This document shows, piece after piece, positions 1 to 6,951 of a stretch of DNA of 32,000 nucleotides. Below the pieces are notes generated by a model. The model saw only the letters and a list, made by a program, of their open reading frames with translations. It made no database searches and was not told the DNA's origin. The translations under genes and the position numbers were made by a program. Location of the stretch: contig CAKUFG010000015.1 of NCBI GenBank assembly GCA_934647235.1, positions 15,905 to 47,904 on the forward strand, written 5' to 3'. How positions within the stretch are numbered: the first letter of the stretch is position 1; every line of letters starts with the position of its first letter. This DNA is from an uncultured Clostridia bacterium. Its GTDB lineage: Bacteria > Bacillota > Clostridia > Christensenellales > Aristaeellaceae.

Positions 1-2740
1 GAGCCAGGGGAGAGAAGGGGAAGGAGCGCAGCTGACGCAATGACATCTTTTGGATATCCTTGACGGCCTTCAATTCGGTCAGCTCGGGCGCGATGGTCAA
101 TATCTCCTCGCGCAGATCATCGTGCTTGAACAGCTGCTCAAAGGGCACATCCAGCAGCAGCCTTCCCGAATAGGACGCGGCGCACACGCAGTGGAAGGCA
201 TAGCTGCCGCTTTCCAGCACAGCGTGCAGGCAGCCGTCAGCCTGCTCCTGCCAGTCCGTGCCGCTGCCCGTCACCGTGCCCAGGGGCAGCACGGCCTCGG
301 CCTGCGCGCCAAAGGGCACCTCGACCTCCCAATCGAAGGTCGTTTCGTCCACTGTTTTCCAGTGGGTGCGGTAGCGCCCCATGGCGGATTCATAGCTGAA
401 ATCAATTTCACCCAGGCGCATATCAGGATGCGGATGCATCAGCGCCCTGCGGAAGCCCGGCGCATCCTCCACGGGAGCCAGCCCCGCCGCGTCGCGGCAT
501 ACCCACTCCATCACCGCGCCGTAGGCGTAATGGTTGAGCGAGTTCATGCCGGTGCTGGACATATGGCCGTCGGGCATCACGGAGTTCCAGCGCTCCCACA
601 CGGTGGTAGCGCCCATGTTCACCTCATACAGCCAGCCAGGGTAGTTTTCATTCAGGAACAGCGTGTAGGCCAGGTGATTAAAGCCCGCCTGCGTGAGCAC
701 GCGGCACAGATAGGCCGTGCCCACAAAGCCCGTGCGCAGCTCGTTCCGGGCGTTTTCAAACAGGCGATCCAGCGCGGCCTTGAGGATGGGCGTGTCGGAC
801 TCGGGCATCAGCCCCAGGAACAGCGACAGGATGTGCGCCGTCTGGGTGTTGACGGTCAGCCCGCCCTTGGGGGCGCGGTAGGTTTGGCGGATGGCGGCAA
901 GAATCTCCTGCTCCAGGGCGGCGTAGCGTGCAGCGTCGGGCGCGTAGCCCAGGATGGCGGCAGCCTTGCGCGTCAGGCGCGTGGAGTACAGATAGAAGGC
1001 CGAGGCGATGAAATCAGGATCGGTGCCGCCCGTGCAGGAGGCCGGGAAGGCCGCGTCCAGCGCCAGCCAATCGGCAAAGTGGAATCCCGCCTGCCACAGG
1101 CGATGGTCGCCCGTCTCGTGATCGACGCGGTGAATCCACTCCACCCACATCTTCATATTGTCGTATTGCTCGCGCAGCAGAGCGGTATCGCCGAAGAACT
1201 GATACACCGTCCAGGGGATGATGCTGCCCGCGTCCGCCCAGGCGCAGGCAGGGGAGCCCTGCATGCCAAAGGAGGGCACCACGTGCGGCACGCCGCCGCC
1301 GCGCTCGCGCTGCTCAAAGGCCATATCGCGCATGAACTTGGCGTAGAAGGCCGCGCTGCTCATCTGGTAGCAGGCGGTGGCGCAGAACACCTGCGCGTCG
1401 CCCGTCCAGCCCATGCGCTCGTCGCGCTGGGGGCAATCGGTGGGCACATCCACAAAGTTGCCGCGCTGCCCCCACAGGGCGTTTTCGCACAGGCGGTTCA
1501 CCTTGTCGTTGGCGGTGCGGATGAAGGCCGTCTGCTCCATATCGGAATAGAGCACGCAGCCCACAAAGTCATGCAGGTCGATTTCCTCCCCAAAGCCCTC
1601 CAGCTTGATATACCGGAAGCCAAAGAAGGTGAAGTGCGGCCGCGCCCAGGCCTCCTGCCCATCGCAGATGTAGGTAAAGGTCTGCCTGGCGGTGCGCAGG
1701 TTGTCGGTATAGAAGCAGCCGTCCTGCAGGATCTCGCCATAGCGCAGGGTGTAGGTATGGCCGCGTTCGGCGGCTGCGCGGAAGGTGACAAAGCCCGTGA
1801 TTTCCTGCCCCATATCCAGCACGGTTTCACCCGCGGGCGTATGCAGCACGGCGGCGGGACGCAGCGTCAGCATGGCGCGCACAGGCGGACTCATGCGCGG
1901 GCGCAGAAGATCGGTATCCATATCGGGCAGCAGGCGCGCGGGCAGCTCGGCGGACAGGGGCTTGGAAGCATCCCAGGTTTCGCCGTCATAGATATTTGCA
2001 AACACCACGGGCGATTCGCCGCAGCGCCAGGTATCGTCCGAGGGGATGATGATCTCCGCGCCGTTATCCAGCGCCGCGTGCAATTCGCAGATCAGCGCCT
2101 GCGTATCGCCGAAGATTTCCTTCTGCCCCTGGAAGCCAAAGCGCCCCTTATACCAGCCGTCGCCCAGCAGCACGGCGATTTCATTGTCCTCCGCCAGCAG
2201 GTCGGTGACATCGTAGGTCTGATACTGCAGCCAGCTGTCGTATTTGTTGCAGCCGGGGGCCAGGTATTCGTCGCCCGCCTTCTGACCGTTGATAAAGGCC
2301 TCGTACAGGCCCAGGCCGCAGATATACAGCCTCGCGGAGAGCACCCGCCCGGGCAGGGCAAAGCGCTTGACCAGCTGCGCGTTGGCAATCTCCCTGGGCG
2401 CGGCGATCCACTGCCCAAGCCAGGGCTCCTGCTGCTTGGCGGTTTCAAACCACGCGCGCGGGCTGAGCGTCGTTTCGCCGTTATCGGCGGTTACGGCGAC
2501 GTCCCAGGTATAGCGCGTGCGCGGGGACAGGGGGATATCGGGCGCAAAGCACAGGCTGTCGATATCCTGCCGCGTGCCCGAATCGTAAACCACGCTTTCA
2601 TCCGGGCCATACACCCGCACGCGGGCGGACTGCTGGCGCTTGCCGCCCTCGCAGGCGACCTTGTAGGAAAAGCGCAGGGGGGTCAGATCAAAGCCCAGCG
2701 GGCGCGCGATGTGATTGACCTGCATGCCGTATACTCGCAT
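1..2740 (-). CDS. alpha-L-rhamnosidase, glycoside hydrolase family 78 (3' end runs off the window)
   Basis: Minus-strand frame is open from ATG at 2740 to the window edge. It is absent from the ORF track because there is no stop in the window. My translation MRVYGMQVNHIARPLGFDLTPLRFSYKV...WIAAP...LYICGLGLYEAFINGQKAGDEYLAPGCNKYDSWLQYQTYDVTDLL...GDGWYKGRFGF matches the N-terminal signature of bacterial GH78 rhamnosidases. AAGGAGG RBS at 2748-2754. The 963-aa + ORF 50..2941 is its antisense shadow. Confidence 0.85.
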   Translation of the reverse strand, partial: MRVYGMQVNHIARPLGFDLTPLRFSYKVACEGGKRQQSARVRVYGPDESVVYDSGTRQDIDSLCFAPDIPLSPRTRYTWDVAVTADNGETTLSPRAWFETAKQQEPWLGQWIAAPREIANAQLVKRFALPGRVLSARLYICGLGLYEAFINGQKAGDEYLAPGCNKYDSWLQYQTYDVTDLLAEDNEIAVLLGDGWYKGRFGFQGQKEIFGDTQALICELHAALDNGAEIIIPSDDTWRCGESPVVFANIYDGETWDASKPLSAELPARLLPDMDTDLLRPRMSPPVRAMLTLRPAAVLHTPAGETVLDMGQEITGFVTFRAAAERGHTYTLRYGEILQDGCFYTDNLRTARQTFTYICDGQEAWARPHFTFFGFRYIKLEGFGEEIDLHDFVGCVLYSDMEQTAFIRTANDKVNRLCENALWGQRGNFVDVPTDCPQRDERMGWTGDAQVFCATACYQMSSAAFYAKFMRDMAFEQRERGGGVPHVVPSFGMQGSPACAWADAGSIIPWTVYQFFGDTALLREQYDNMKMWVEWIHRVDHETGDHRLWQAGFHFADWLALDAAFPASCTGGTDPDFIASAFYLYSTRLTRKAAAILGYAPDAARYAALEQEILAAIRQTYRAPKGGLTVNTQTAHILSLFLGLMPESDTPILKAALDRLFENARNELRTGFVGTAYLCRVLTQAGFNHLAYTLFLNENYPGWLYEVNMGATTVWERWNSVMPDGHMSSTGMNSLNHYAYGAVMEWVCRDAAGLAPVEDAPGFRRALMHPHPDMRLGEIDFSYESAMGRYRTHWKTVDETTFDWEVEVPFGAQAEAVLPLGTVTGSGTDWQEQADGCLHAVLESGSYAFHCVCAASYSGRLLLDVPFEQLFKHDDLREEILTIAPELTELKAVKDIQKMSLRQLRSFPFSPLA

Positions 2741-2755
2741 GGTGATGCCTCCTTA

Positions 2756-3622
2756 TTATTGCGCGGCAAAGGGATCCGCGCAGAAAATATCAATGTTTCC
2801 CCCATCCAGGGTGATGCGGTAGGTGCCGTCCTTGGCAATCGCGTGGCGGCGCACACCCAGGCGGCTCATCTCCTCCCGCACGCGCAGAATATCCCAGACG
2901 CCCGAATCGTAGCCCCGACGACCCTGATTGTTATCCCATAGCCATTTGGGCGCGCACCACAGGCACACCTGCGGGCGGATGGCATGGTACACATCCATGC
3001 ACACGGCGCTTTGCCCATGATGGCCCATCTGCACGATATCGCTTTGCAGCGCGTCCCCGTGCATGCGCAACAGCTTTTCGCCGCCCTCCACGCCCAGATC
3101 GCCCAGGAACAGCGTGCGCACGCCCTCGCTGGTCATGCGCAGCACGCAGGAGGAATTGTTGGAGGCGTTGCGGGTAAAGGCAGGATCGCTGGTATAAAGC
3201 ACATCCCAGGCCGTGCCGTCGATGTCCAGATGCTCGCCCTCGCGCAGGATATGCTCCCGGCTGCCGAGCTGCGGCCGCAGCGCCTGATAGCCGTCCCAGG
3301 CGGGCAGGCTGCACGGCTCGCCGATTTCCAGCACCCGGCGCTCGGGATAGTGCAGGTACAGCGCGTCCAGCGTAAAGGCCTCGGGGCGATTTTGCAATAG
3401 ATCGTAGAGCGCGTACACATGGTCGGAGTGCGGGTGGGTGAGAAACCACGCCTTCACCCTGGGATGATTGCCGCCCAGGCGGCGCAGCAGATACAGCAGG
3501 TAATCCGCGTCCCCCGCCGTGCCGCCGTCAATTACGACCAGCGAATCGCCGGCGGTTTTGATCACATAGCCCATCATCTGCGTGTGCGTCTGCGGGGCCA
3601 GCTGATAGATTTCACAGGGCAT
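2756..3622 (-). CDS. MBL-fold metallo-hydrolase
   Basis: 288-aa ORF with the HxHxDH zinc motif (LTHPHSDH) and a later MGHHG. AAAGGAG RBS 7 nt upstream of the ATG. The stop lies 15 nt before the GH78 start, so it is likely co-operonic. Confidence 0.85.
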   Translation of the reverse strand: MPCEIYQLAPQTHTQMMGYVIKTAGDSLVVIDGGTAGDADYLLYLLRRLGGNHPRVKAWFLTHPHSDHVYALYDLLQNRPEAFTLDALYLHYPERRVLEIGEPCSLPAWDGYQALRPQLGSREHILREGEHLDIDGTAWDVLYTSDPAFTRNASNNSSCVLRMTSEGVRTLFLGDLGVEGGEKLLRMHGDALQSDIVQMGHHGQSAVCMDVYHAIRPQVCLWCAPKWLWDNNQGRRGYDSGVWDILRVREEMSRLGVRRHAIAKDGTYRITLDGGNIDIFCADPFAAQ

Positions 3623-3714
3623 GGTAAAGCTCCTTTTTGATAGATTGGCGGGGGAATGGGAGGGCAGCTCTTCGTCCGGCTCGCGTTTGAGAGAAGGGTT
3701 TTATGGTCGTGCTG

Positions 3715-3784
3715 TTGGCAAGCGAAGAAGATATGCTGCTGCATTGGCGCAGCCCACGGAAGCCTTCTCCTTGAGGAGAAGGTG
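3715..3784 (+). repeat. beta module, copy 1 of a 70-nt direct repeat
   Basis: TTGGCAAGCGAAGAAGATATGCTGCTGCATTGGCGCAGCCCACGGAAGCCTTCTCCTTGAGGAGAAGGTG. It matches 4218-4287 at 68/70 positions (differences g/a and c/t). A diverged version lies at about 17443-17530. Confidence 0.9.
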
Positions 3785-3802
3785 GACGGCTTTAGCCGCC
3801 CG

Positions 3803-3875
3803 GATGAGGTGTAGTCTGCGAAGCAGCCGTTATCATAACTAAAAGATAACGCCGCTGCGGCGGCTACACCTCATC
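3803..3875. repeat. T hairpin, copy A1 (core in forward orientation)
   Basis: 12-bp inverted repeat GATGAGGTGTAG (3803-3814) / CTACACCTCATC (3864-3875). It encloses a 49-nt core with side hairpins CTGC-gaa-GCAG and GCCGC-tgc-GGCGG and an inner stem GTTATC/GATAAC. Confidence 0.85.
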
Positions 3876-4108
3876 AGTCAGCATTCGCTGACAGCTTCCC
3901 CTCCAAGGGGAAGCCTTTTGGTGGATGCATTTTCCAGCATACGCAAATAGCCGCGTCCCCCTCATCCGTCTCGCTGTTCGCTCGACACCTTCTCCCAAGG
4001 GCGAAGGCTTTTATGTCGTGCGCAGATGTTAGCAAATGCTCTGCAACACTTTCATCAACACACCACACTGAAGGCTTCTCCTCGGGGAGGAGCTCCGCCG
4101 TAGGCGGT

Positions 4109-4155
4109 GATGAGGGGGCTTGTTAGACGGAAATAATGTTGTGTTTCCCCTCATC
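4109..4155. repeat. G hairpin (GATGAGGGGG ... CCCCTCATC)
   Basis: Inverted repeat GATGAGGGGG/CCCCTCATC around a 28-nt loop. On the left it is flanked by CCGCC-gta-GGCGG and a CTTCTCC hairpin, on the right by a gamma module. Related copies lie at 14827-14885 and 17630-17690. Confidence 0.8.
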
Positions 4156-4217
4156 CATCTCGCTTTTCGCTCGACATTTTCTCCCGAGGGCGAAGGCTTT
4201 TATAGTTAGTTATGCGG

Positions 4218-4287
4218 TTGGCAAGCGAAGAAGATATGCTGCTGCATTGGCACAGCCTACGGAAGCCTTCTCCTTGAGGAGAAGGTG
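4218..4287 (+). repeat. beta module, copy 2 of the 70-nt direct repeat
   Basis: 68/70 identical to 3715-3784. Confidence 0.9.
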
Positions 4288-4304
4288 CTGAACGCAGTGA
4301 AGCG

Positions 4305-4380
4305 GATGAGGTGTAGCCGCCGCAGCGGCGTTATTCTTATATTGCTCTGATAACGGCTACTTCGTAGCCTACACCTCATC
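4305..4380. repeat. T hairpin, copy A2 (core inverted relative to A1 and B)
   Basis: Same 12-bp arms (4305-4316 / 4369-4380) and the same beta (left) and gamma (right) flanks as copy A1. The 52-nt core CCGCCGCAGCGGCGTTAT...ATAACGGCTACTTCGTAGC is the reverse complement of the A1/B-type core. Confidence 0.8.
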
Positions 4381-4442
4381 AGTCAGTTCTCGCTGACAGC
4401 TTCTCCTCAAGGAGAAGCCTTTTGGTAAGTGCGTTTTCCAAC

Positions 4443-4720
4443 AATCGCCACGCCTGATTTCCGCGCCCAACCAGCGCTCCGTGGCACGCTGATGCAATCG
4501 GCGCAGGGCGTGCGCAGCACGACCGAAGGGGAAATATTCAAGGGGACGGATGGCGCTTGCGCCGATCCGGGCACGCAGAATTTTCCCTGCCACGGGGGCG
4601 GGGCGGCAGGTGGCCAGGGCCACTCCCAGTTTTATTCAATCGACTTTCACGTCACACATAGGTTCTTTGTTACTTTCTTCACTGAAGAAAGTAACGTATC
4701 CCTCGTCCCCCGTCTCCTAT
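4443..4720 (+). repeat. S element copy A (candidate structured RNA / ssDNA element)
   Basis: Core 4477-4598: outer stem CTCCGTGGCA/TGCCACGGGG encloses three hairpins. These are GCTGAT-gca-ATCGGC, GGCGTGC-gca-GCACGaCC and GGGGAAAtATTC...GAATTTTCCC (inner CGGATgGCGC-tt-GCGCcGATCCG). After the core come a GC hairpin, AGGTTCTTTG, the perfect palindrome GTTACTTTCTTCA-c-TGAAGAAAGTAAC (4669-4695) and a C/T-rich tail. Confidence 0.75.
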
Positions 4721-4730
4721 CCCTCATCAG

Positions 4731-4762
4731 AAAATGGGGACGCCGCCAGGTGCCGCGCCCCC
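4731..4762 (-). terminator. Possible intrinsic terminator downstream of rhaD
   Basis: On the minus strand GGGGCGC...GCGtCCCC is followed by ATTTTCTG, just after the rhaD stop. The stem is imperfect. Confidence 0.4.
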
Positions 4763-4769
4763 AATCAAA

Positions 4770-5594
4770 TCAATCCAGAAACTCCTCGCGCAGCGTTACG
4801 CCAAATTCCCTGGCGATGGCGCGCAGATCATCGTCCGTGATGGTCTGCAGCACAGGCTTGCCGCTGGCAAGCACCAGCATGTAAATCTGCGCCGCCTTTT
4901 CAATGGTGTGCATCAGGCCAAAAGCCGTGTCAAAGTCCGGCCCGGATCCAAACAGCCCGTGGTGCGCCCATACCGCCGCGTCATACTCGCGCATCAGCTT
5001 GCTGGTGGCCAGGGCGATATCGCGCCCGCCGGGCACCATCCAGGGCACCGCGCCCACGCCGCCGGGGAAAACCACAGGGCACTCGGTGGCGCTTTGCCAG
5101 AGCGCGCGGGTGAAATCGCGCGCCGTCAGGGGCAGAATGTAGGTCATGGCGATCACATTGGCCGGGTGCGCGTGATAGATCACGCGGCACGCGCCGCCCG
5201 TGGCCGCCTTGCGCACGGAATGGTTGAGAAAATGGCTGGGGAACTCGCTGGTGGGGCGGCCGCCCTTTTCCAGCCCCCATACAATGCGCCAGGCGTCGCC
5301 CGCCGCGTTGATTTCCACAATGCAGCAGGTATCCTGCATGGCGCGCTGCACATGGCGGAAATACTTGCCGCTGCCGGTGGCGATGAAATACTCGCCGCGC
5401 AGGTTATCGGCCTGCACACCCATCGGAACCCATTCGCCGGGCACGGCGCGGAAGAAGGGGCGCAGCTGCTCCACCTCCTCAGCCGTCATGCGATAGGTGA
5501 GGTTGCCGCCGTTGCGCTCGTGCCAGCCCTGCTGCCAGCCGTCGTCGCACACGCGGGCAAAGGACTGCATCACTTCAAAATCGGTTGCTTTCAT
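4770..5594 (-). CDS. rhaD: rhamnulose-1-phosphate aldolase
   Basis: 274 aa, the same length as and collinear with E. coli RhaD as I recall it. Shared motifs: GWHERNGGNLTYR, FIATGSGKYFR, PTSEFPSHF, STECPVVFPGGVGAVPWMVPG, HHGLFGSGP. GAAAGGAAG RBS. Confidence 0.93.
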   Translation of the reverse strand: MKATDFEVMQSFARVCDDGWQQGWHERNGGNLTYRMTAEEVEQLRPFFRAVPGEWVPMGVQADNLRGEYFIATGSGKYFRHVQRAMQDTCCIVEINAAGDAWRIVWGLEKGGRPTSEFPSHFLNHSVRKAATGGACRVIYHAHPANVIAMTYILPLTARDFTRALWQSATECPVVFPGGVGAVPWMVPGGRDIALATSKLMREYDAAVWAHHGLFGSGPDFDTAFGLMHTIEKAAQIYMLVLASGKPVLQTITDDDLRAIAREFGVTLREEFLD

Positions 5595-5600
5595 CTGTGC

Positions 5601-6842
5601 TTACTTCCTTTCGGCAAGAACCTGCCGTTCATATTGCTGCACGGCGGACAGCCATTTTTCATTTTCGGGCACGTCCTGGCGGCGGCAGTATTCCGCCCAC
5701 ACCTCGCCCCAGGGCAGAGCTTTGTATTCCTCCTGCAGGGCCAGCAGCTCGGTAAAGCGGCAGGCATTCTGCAATTCGGCCAGCGCCTGATGCGGGATCA
5801 GCAGGGCCAGCAGCAGCGCCTTTTGCATATTGCGCGTGCCGATCACCCACGCGGCCACGCGGTTGATGGAGCCGTCAAAGAAATCCAGGCCGATCAGCGC
5901 CTTATCGCAGGCGCTGCAGCGCACGATTTCATCGGCAATGCCGCGCAGATCGTCCGTCAGCGTGACCACATGGTCGCTGTCCCAGTGCATGGGGCGGGTT
6001 ACGTGCAGCGGCAGCTTATCGTAGAAGGCCAGCTGCGCGGGAATCTTGTCCGCGATGGACTCCTCAGGGTGGTAATGGCCGCTGTCCATCAGATTATATA
6101 CGCCGGGATGCGTGGCAGCGTAGTTGGCGTAAAACTCCGCCGAGCCCACGGTGTAGGCCTCCAGACCAATGCCGAAGAACTTGCTTTCCACGCTGTCGAT
6201 CACGCCGGGCAGGGGCTCGGCAAAGATCTGATCCAGGCTGTCGCGCAGCCGCAGGCGCGGGGACAGCCGGTCGGCGGGCACATCCTTGTAGCCGTCGGGA
6301 ATCCAGATATTGCACAGGCAGTGCGTGCCCAGCTCGCGCGCAAAATACGCGGCGATACGGCGGCAGGCCACAGCATGGCGGATCCAGTAGGCGCGCACCG
6401 CTTCATCGGGGCTGGACAGGGTAAGGTTATCCTTGACCATCGGGTGGGAGAAGAACGTGGGGTTGAAATCCAGGCCGATATGATGCGCCTTGGCAAACGC
6501 CACCCAGGGGGCAAAGTGCTCGGGGCGCAGCTGATCGCGCTTGCCCTCGCCGCCGATGGCGTAGCTGGCGTGCAGGTTCAGCCGCTTGCAGCCGGGAATC
6601 AGCGACAGCGCGGTTTCAAAATCGCGCGTCAGCTCCTCAAACGTGCGGGCGCGGCCGGGATAATTGCCCGTCACCTGGATGCCGCCGTCCAGCGCGCCGC
6701 CCAGGCTTTCCAGGCCGGTCACGTCGTCGCCCTGCCAGCAGTGAATGCTCACGGGAATGGACGCGAGCGTTTGCAGGGCCTTTTCCGTATCTATGCCAAT
6801 GTCCGCGTAGCGGCGCAGGGCCAGCTGATAGCCTTCGTTCAT
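5601..6842 (-). CDS. rhaA: L-rhamnose isomerase
   Basis: 413 aa with IHCWQGDDV, TGNYPGRAR, LNLHA, DSGHYHP, HVTRPMHWDSDHVV, WVIGTRN and LPWGEVW, collinear with enterobacterial RhaA. AAAGGAGAG RBS. The stop is 6 nt before the rhaD start. Confidence 0.93.
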   Translation of the reverse strand: MNEGYQLALRRYADIGIDTEKALQTLASIPVSIHCWQGDDVTGLESLGGALDGGIQVTGNYPGRARTFEELTRDFETALSLIPGCKRLNLHASYAIGGEGKRDQLRPEHFAPWVAFAKAHHIGLDFNPTFFSHPMVKDNLTLSSPDEAVRAYWIRHAVACRRIAAYFARELGTHCLCNIWIPDGYKDVPADRLSPRLRLRDSLDQIFAEPLPGVIDSVESKFFGIGLEAYTVGSAEFYANYAATHPGVYNLMDSGHYHPEESIADKIPAQLAFYDKLPLHVTRPMHWDSDHVVTLTDDLRGIADEIVRCSACDKALIGLDFFDGSINRVAAWVIGTRNMQKALLLALLIPHQALAELQNACRFTELLALQEEYKALPWGEVWAEYCRRQDVPENEKWLSAVQQYERQVLAERK

Positions 6843-6885
6843 GGGAAATCTCTCCTTTAGTCAAAGCTGGGGTTCGCTATCTTTT

Positions 6886-6951
6886 ATTGTACAGAAAACG
6901 GCGCGGCGGGAAAGGACGTTTATCGCCTTTCGTCGCAACCTGAATTAACCC
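6886..6951 (-). promoter_or_regulatory. rhaA promoter region with bipartite motif TCAGGTTGCG-N15-CGTCCTTT (site 1)
   Basis: Read on the minus strand: GGGTTAATTCAGGTTGCG (6951-6934), 15 nt, CGTCCTTT (6918-6911), then TACAAT (6891-6886) 28 nt after the ACGTCC start. The 18-mer is identical to 10980-10997. The site overlaps the last codons and stop of the AraC-type gene. Confidence 0.55.

Larger units (their letters stand above)
3640..4728. repeat. Mosaic hairpin-repeat island A (beta-T-gamma, gamma, G, beta-T-gamma, S)
   Basis: About 1.1 kb with no RBS-supported ORF. It is built from CCTTCTCC-NNNN-GGAGAAGG-type GC hairpins, GATGAGGTGTAG/CTACACCTCATC and GATGAGGGG/CCCCTCATC inverted repeats, a 70-nt direct repeat and one S element. 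The same modules recur in four other intergenic gaps. Confidence 0.85.

Noticed and set aside
50-2941. Very long ORFs on the strand opposite to my calls. Examples: 50..2941 +, 4734..6860 +, 7166..7972 +, 9623..10963 -, 10849..11808 -, 13090..14448 -, 15538..16521 -, 16621..17349 -, 18224..19162 +, 19993..20928 +, 21372..22607 -, 22511..24613 -, 24360..26384 -, 25873..28212 -, 28014..28895 -, 28894..30180 +, 30527..31702 +.
   Set aside because: Their translations are low-complexity Ala/Gly/Arg/His/Gln-rich strings with no motifs. They lack RBSs, and each exactly shadows a gene with clear family signatures on the other strand. This is the usual stop-codon-poor antisense frame of GC-rich coding DNA.
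3803-3875. The T hairpin as an integron attC site (GTTATC ... GATAAC inner repeats).
   Set aside because: The inner repeats do not fit the R''/R' (RYYYAAC / GTTRRRY) consensus or spacing. There are no extrahelical-base pattern, cassette ORFs or intI gene nearby.
3715-4287. The 70-nt direct repeat as a DGR template/variable repeat pair.
   Set aside because: There are only two differences (g/a and c/t), not adenine-specific. Neither copy lies in a coding region, and no reverse transcriptase or accessory gene is in the window.
4477-4598. The cloverleaf-like four-way junction of S as a tRNA, tmRNA or tRNA-derived SINE.
   Set aside because: At about 120 nt it is too long. It has no GTTCRANYC T-loop, no D-loop consensus, no 7-bp acceptor with a discriminator/CCA context, and no anticodon-type 7-nt loop.
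3621-4623. Small ORFs inside the repeat islands giving recurring peptides. Examples: 3621..3842 and 7900..8187 (..RCSLRSSRY..), 4369..4623 and 14909..15109 (AGKILR.RIGASAIRPLEYF), 4550..4840 and 17895..18161 (MALAPIR..).
   Set aside because: The similarity simply reflects repeated DNA. The ORFs have no RBS, differ in start, stop and frame between copies, run on both strands through the same hairpins, and substitutions between copies preserve base pairing rather than amino acids.
4669-4695. The long perfect palindromes at S 3' ends as rho-independent terminators.
   Set aside because: The stems are AT-rich (GTTACTTTCTTCA) with almost no loop and are followed by C-rich, not T-rich, sequence on the + strand, with no T-run on the - strand. 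They look more like protein-binding or cleavage palindromes than terminators.
3640-4728. CRISPR array, suggested by many short palindromic repeats in non-coding DNA.
   Set aside because: There is no constant-length repeat alternating with unique spacers. The units are heterogeneous modules in variable order and orientation, and no cas genes or leader are in the window.
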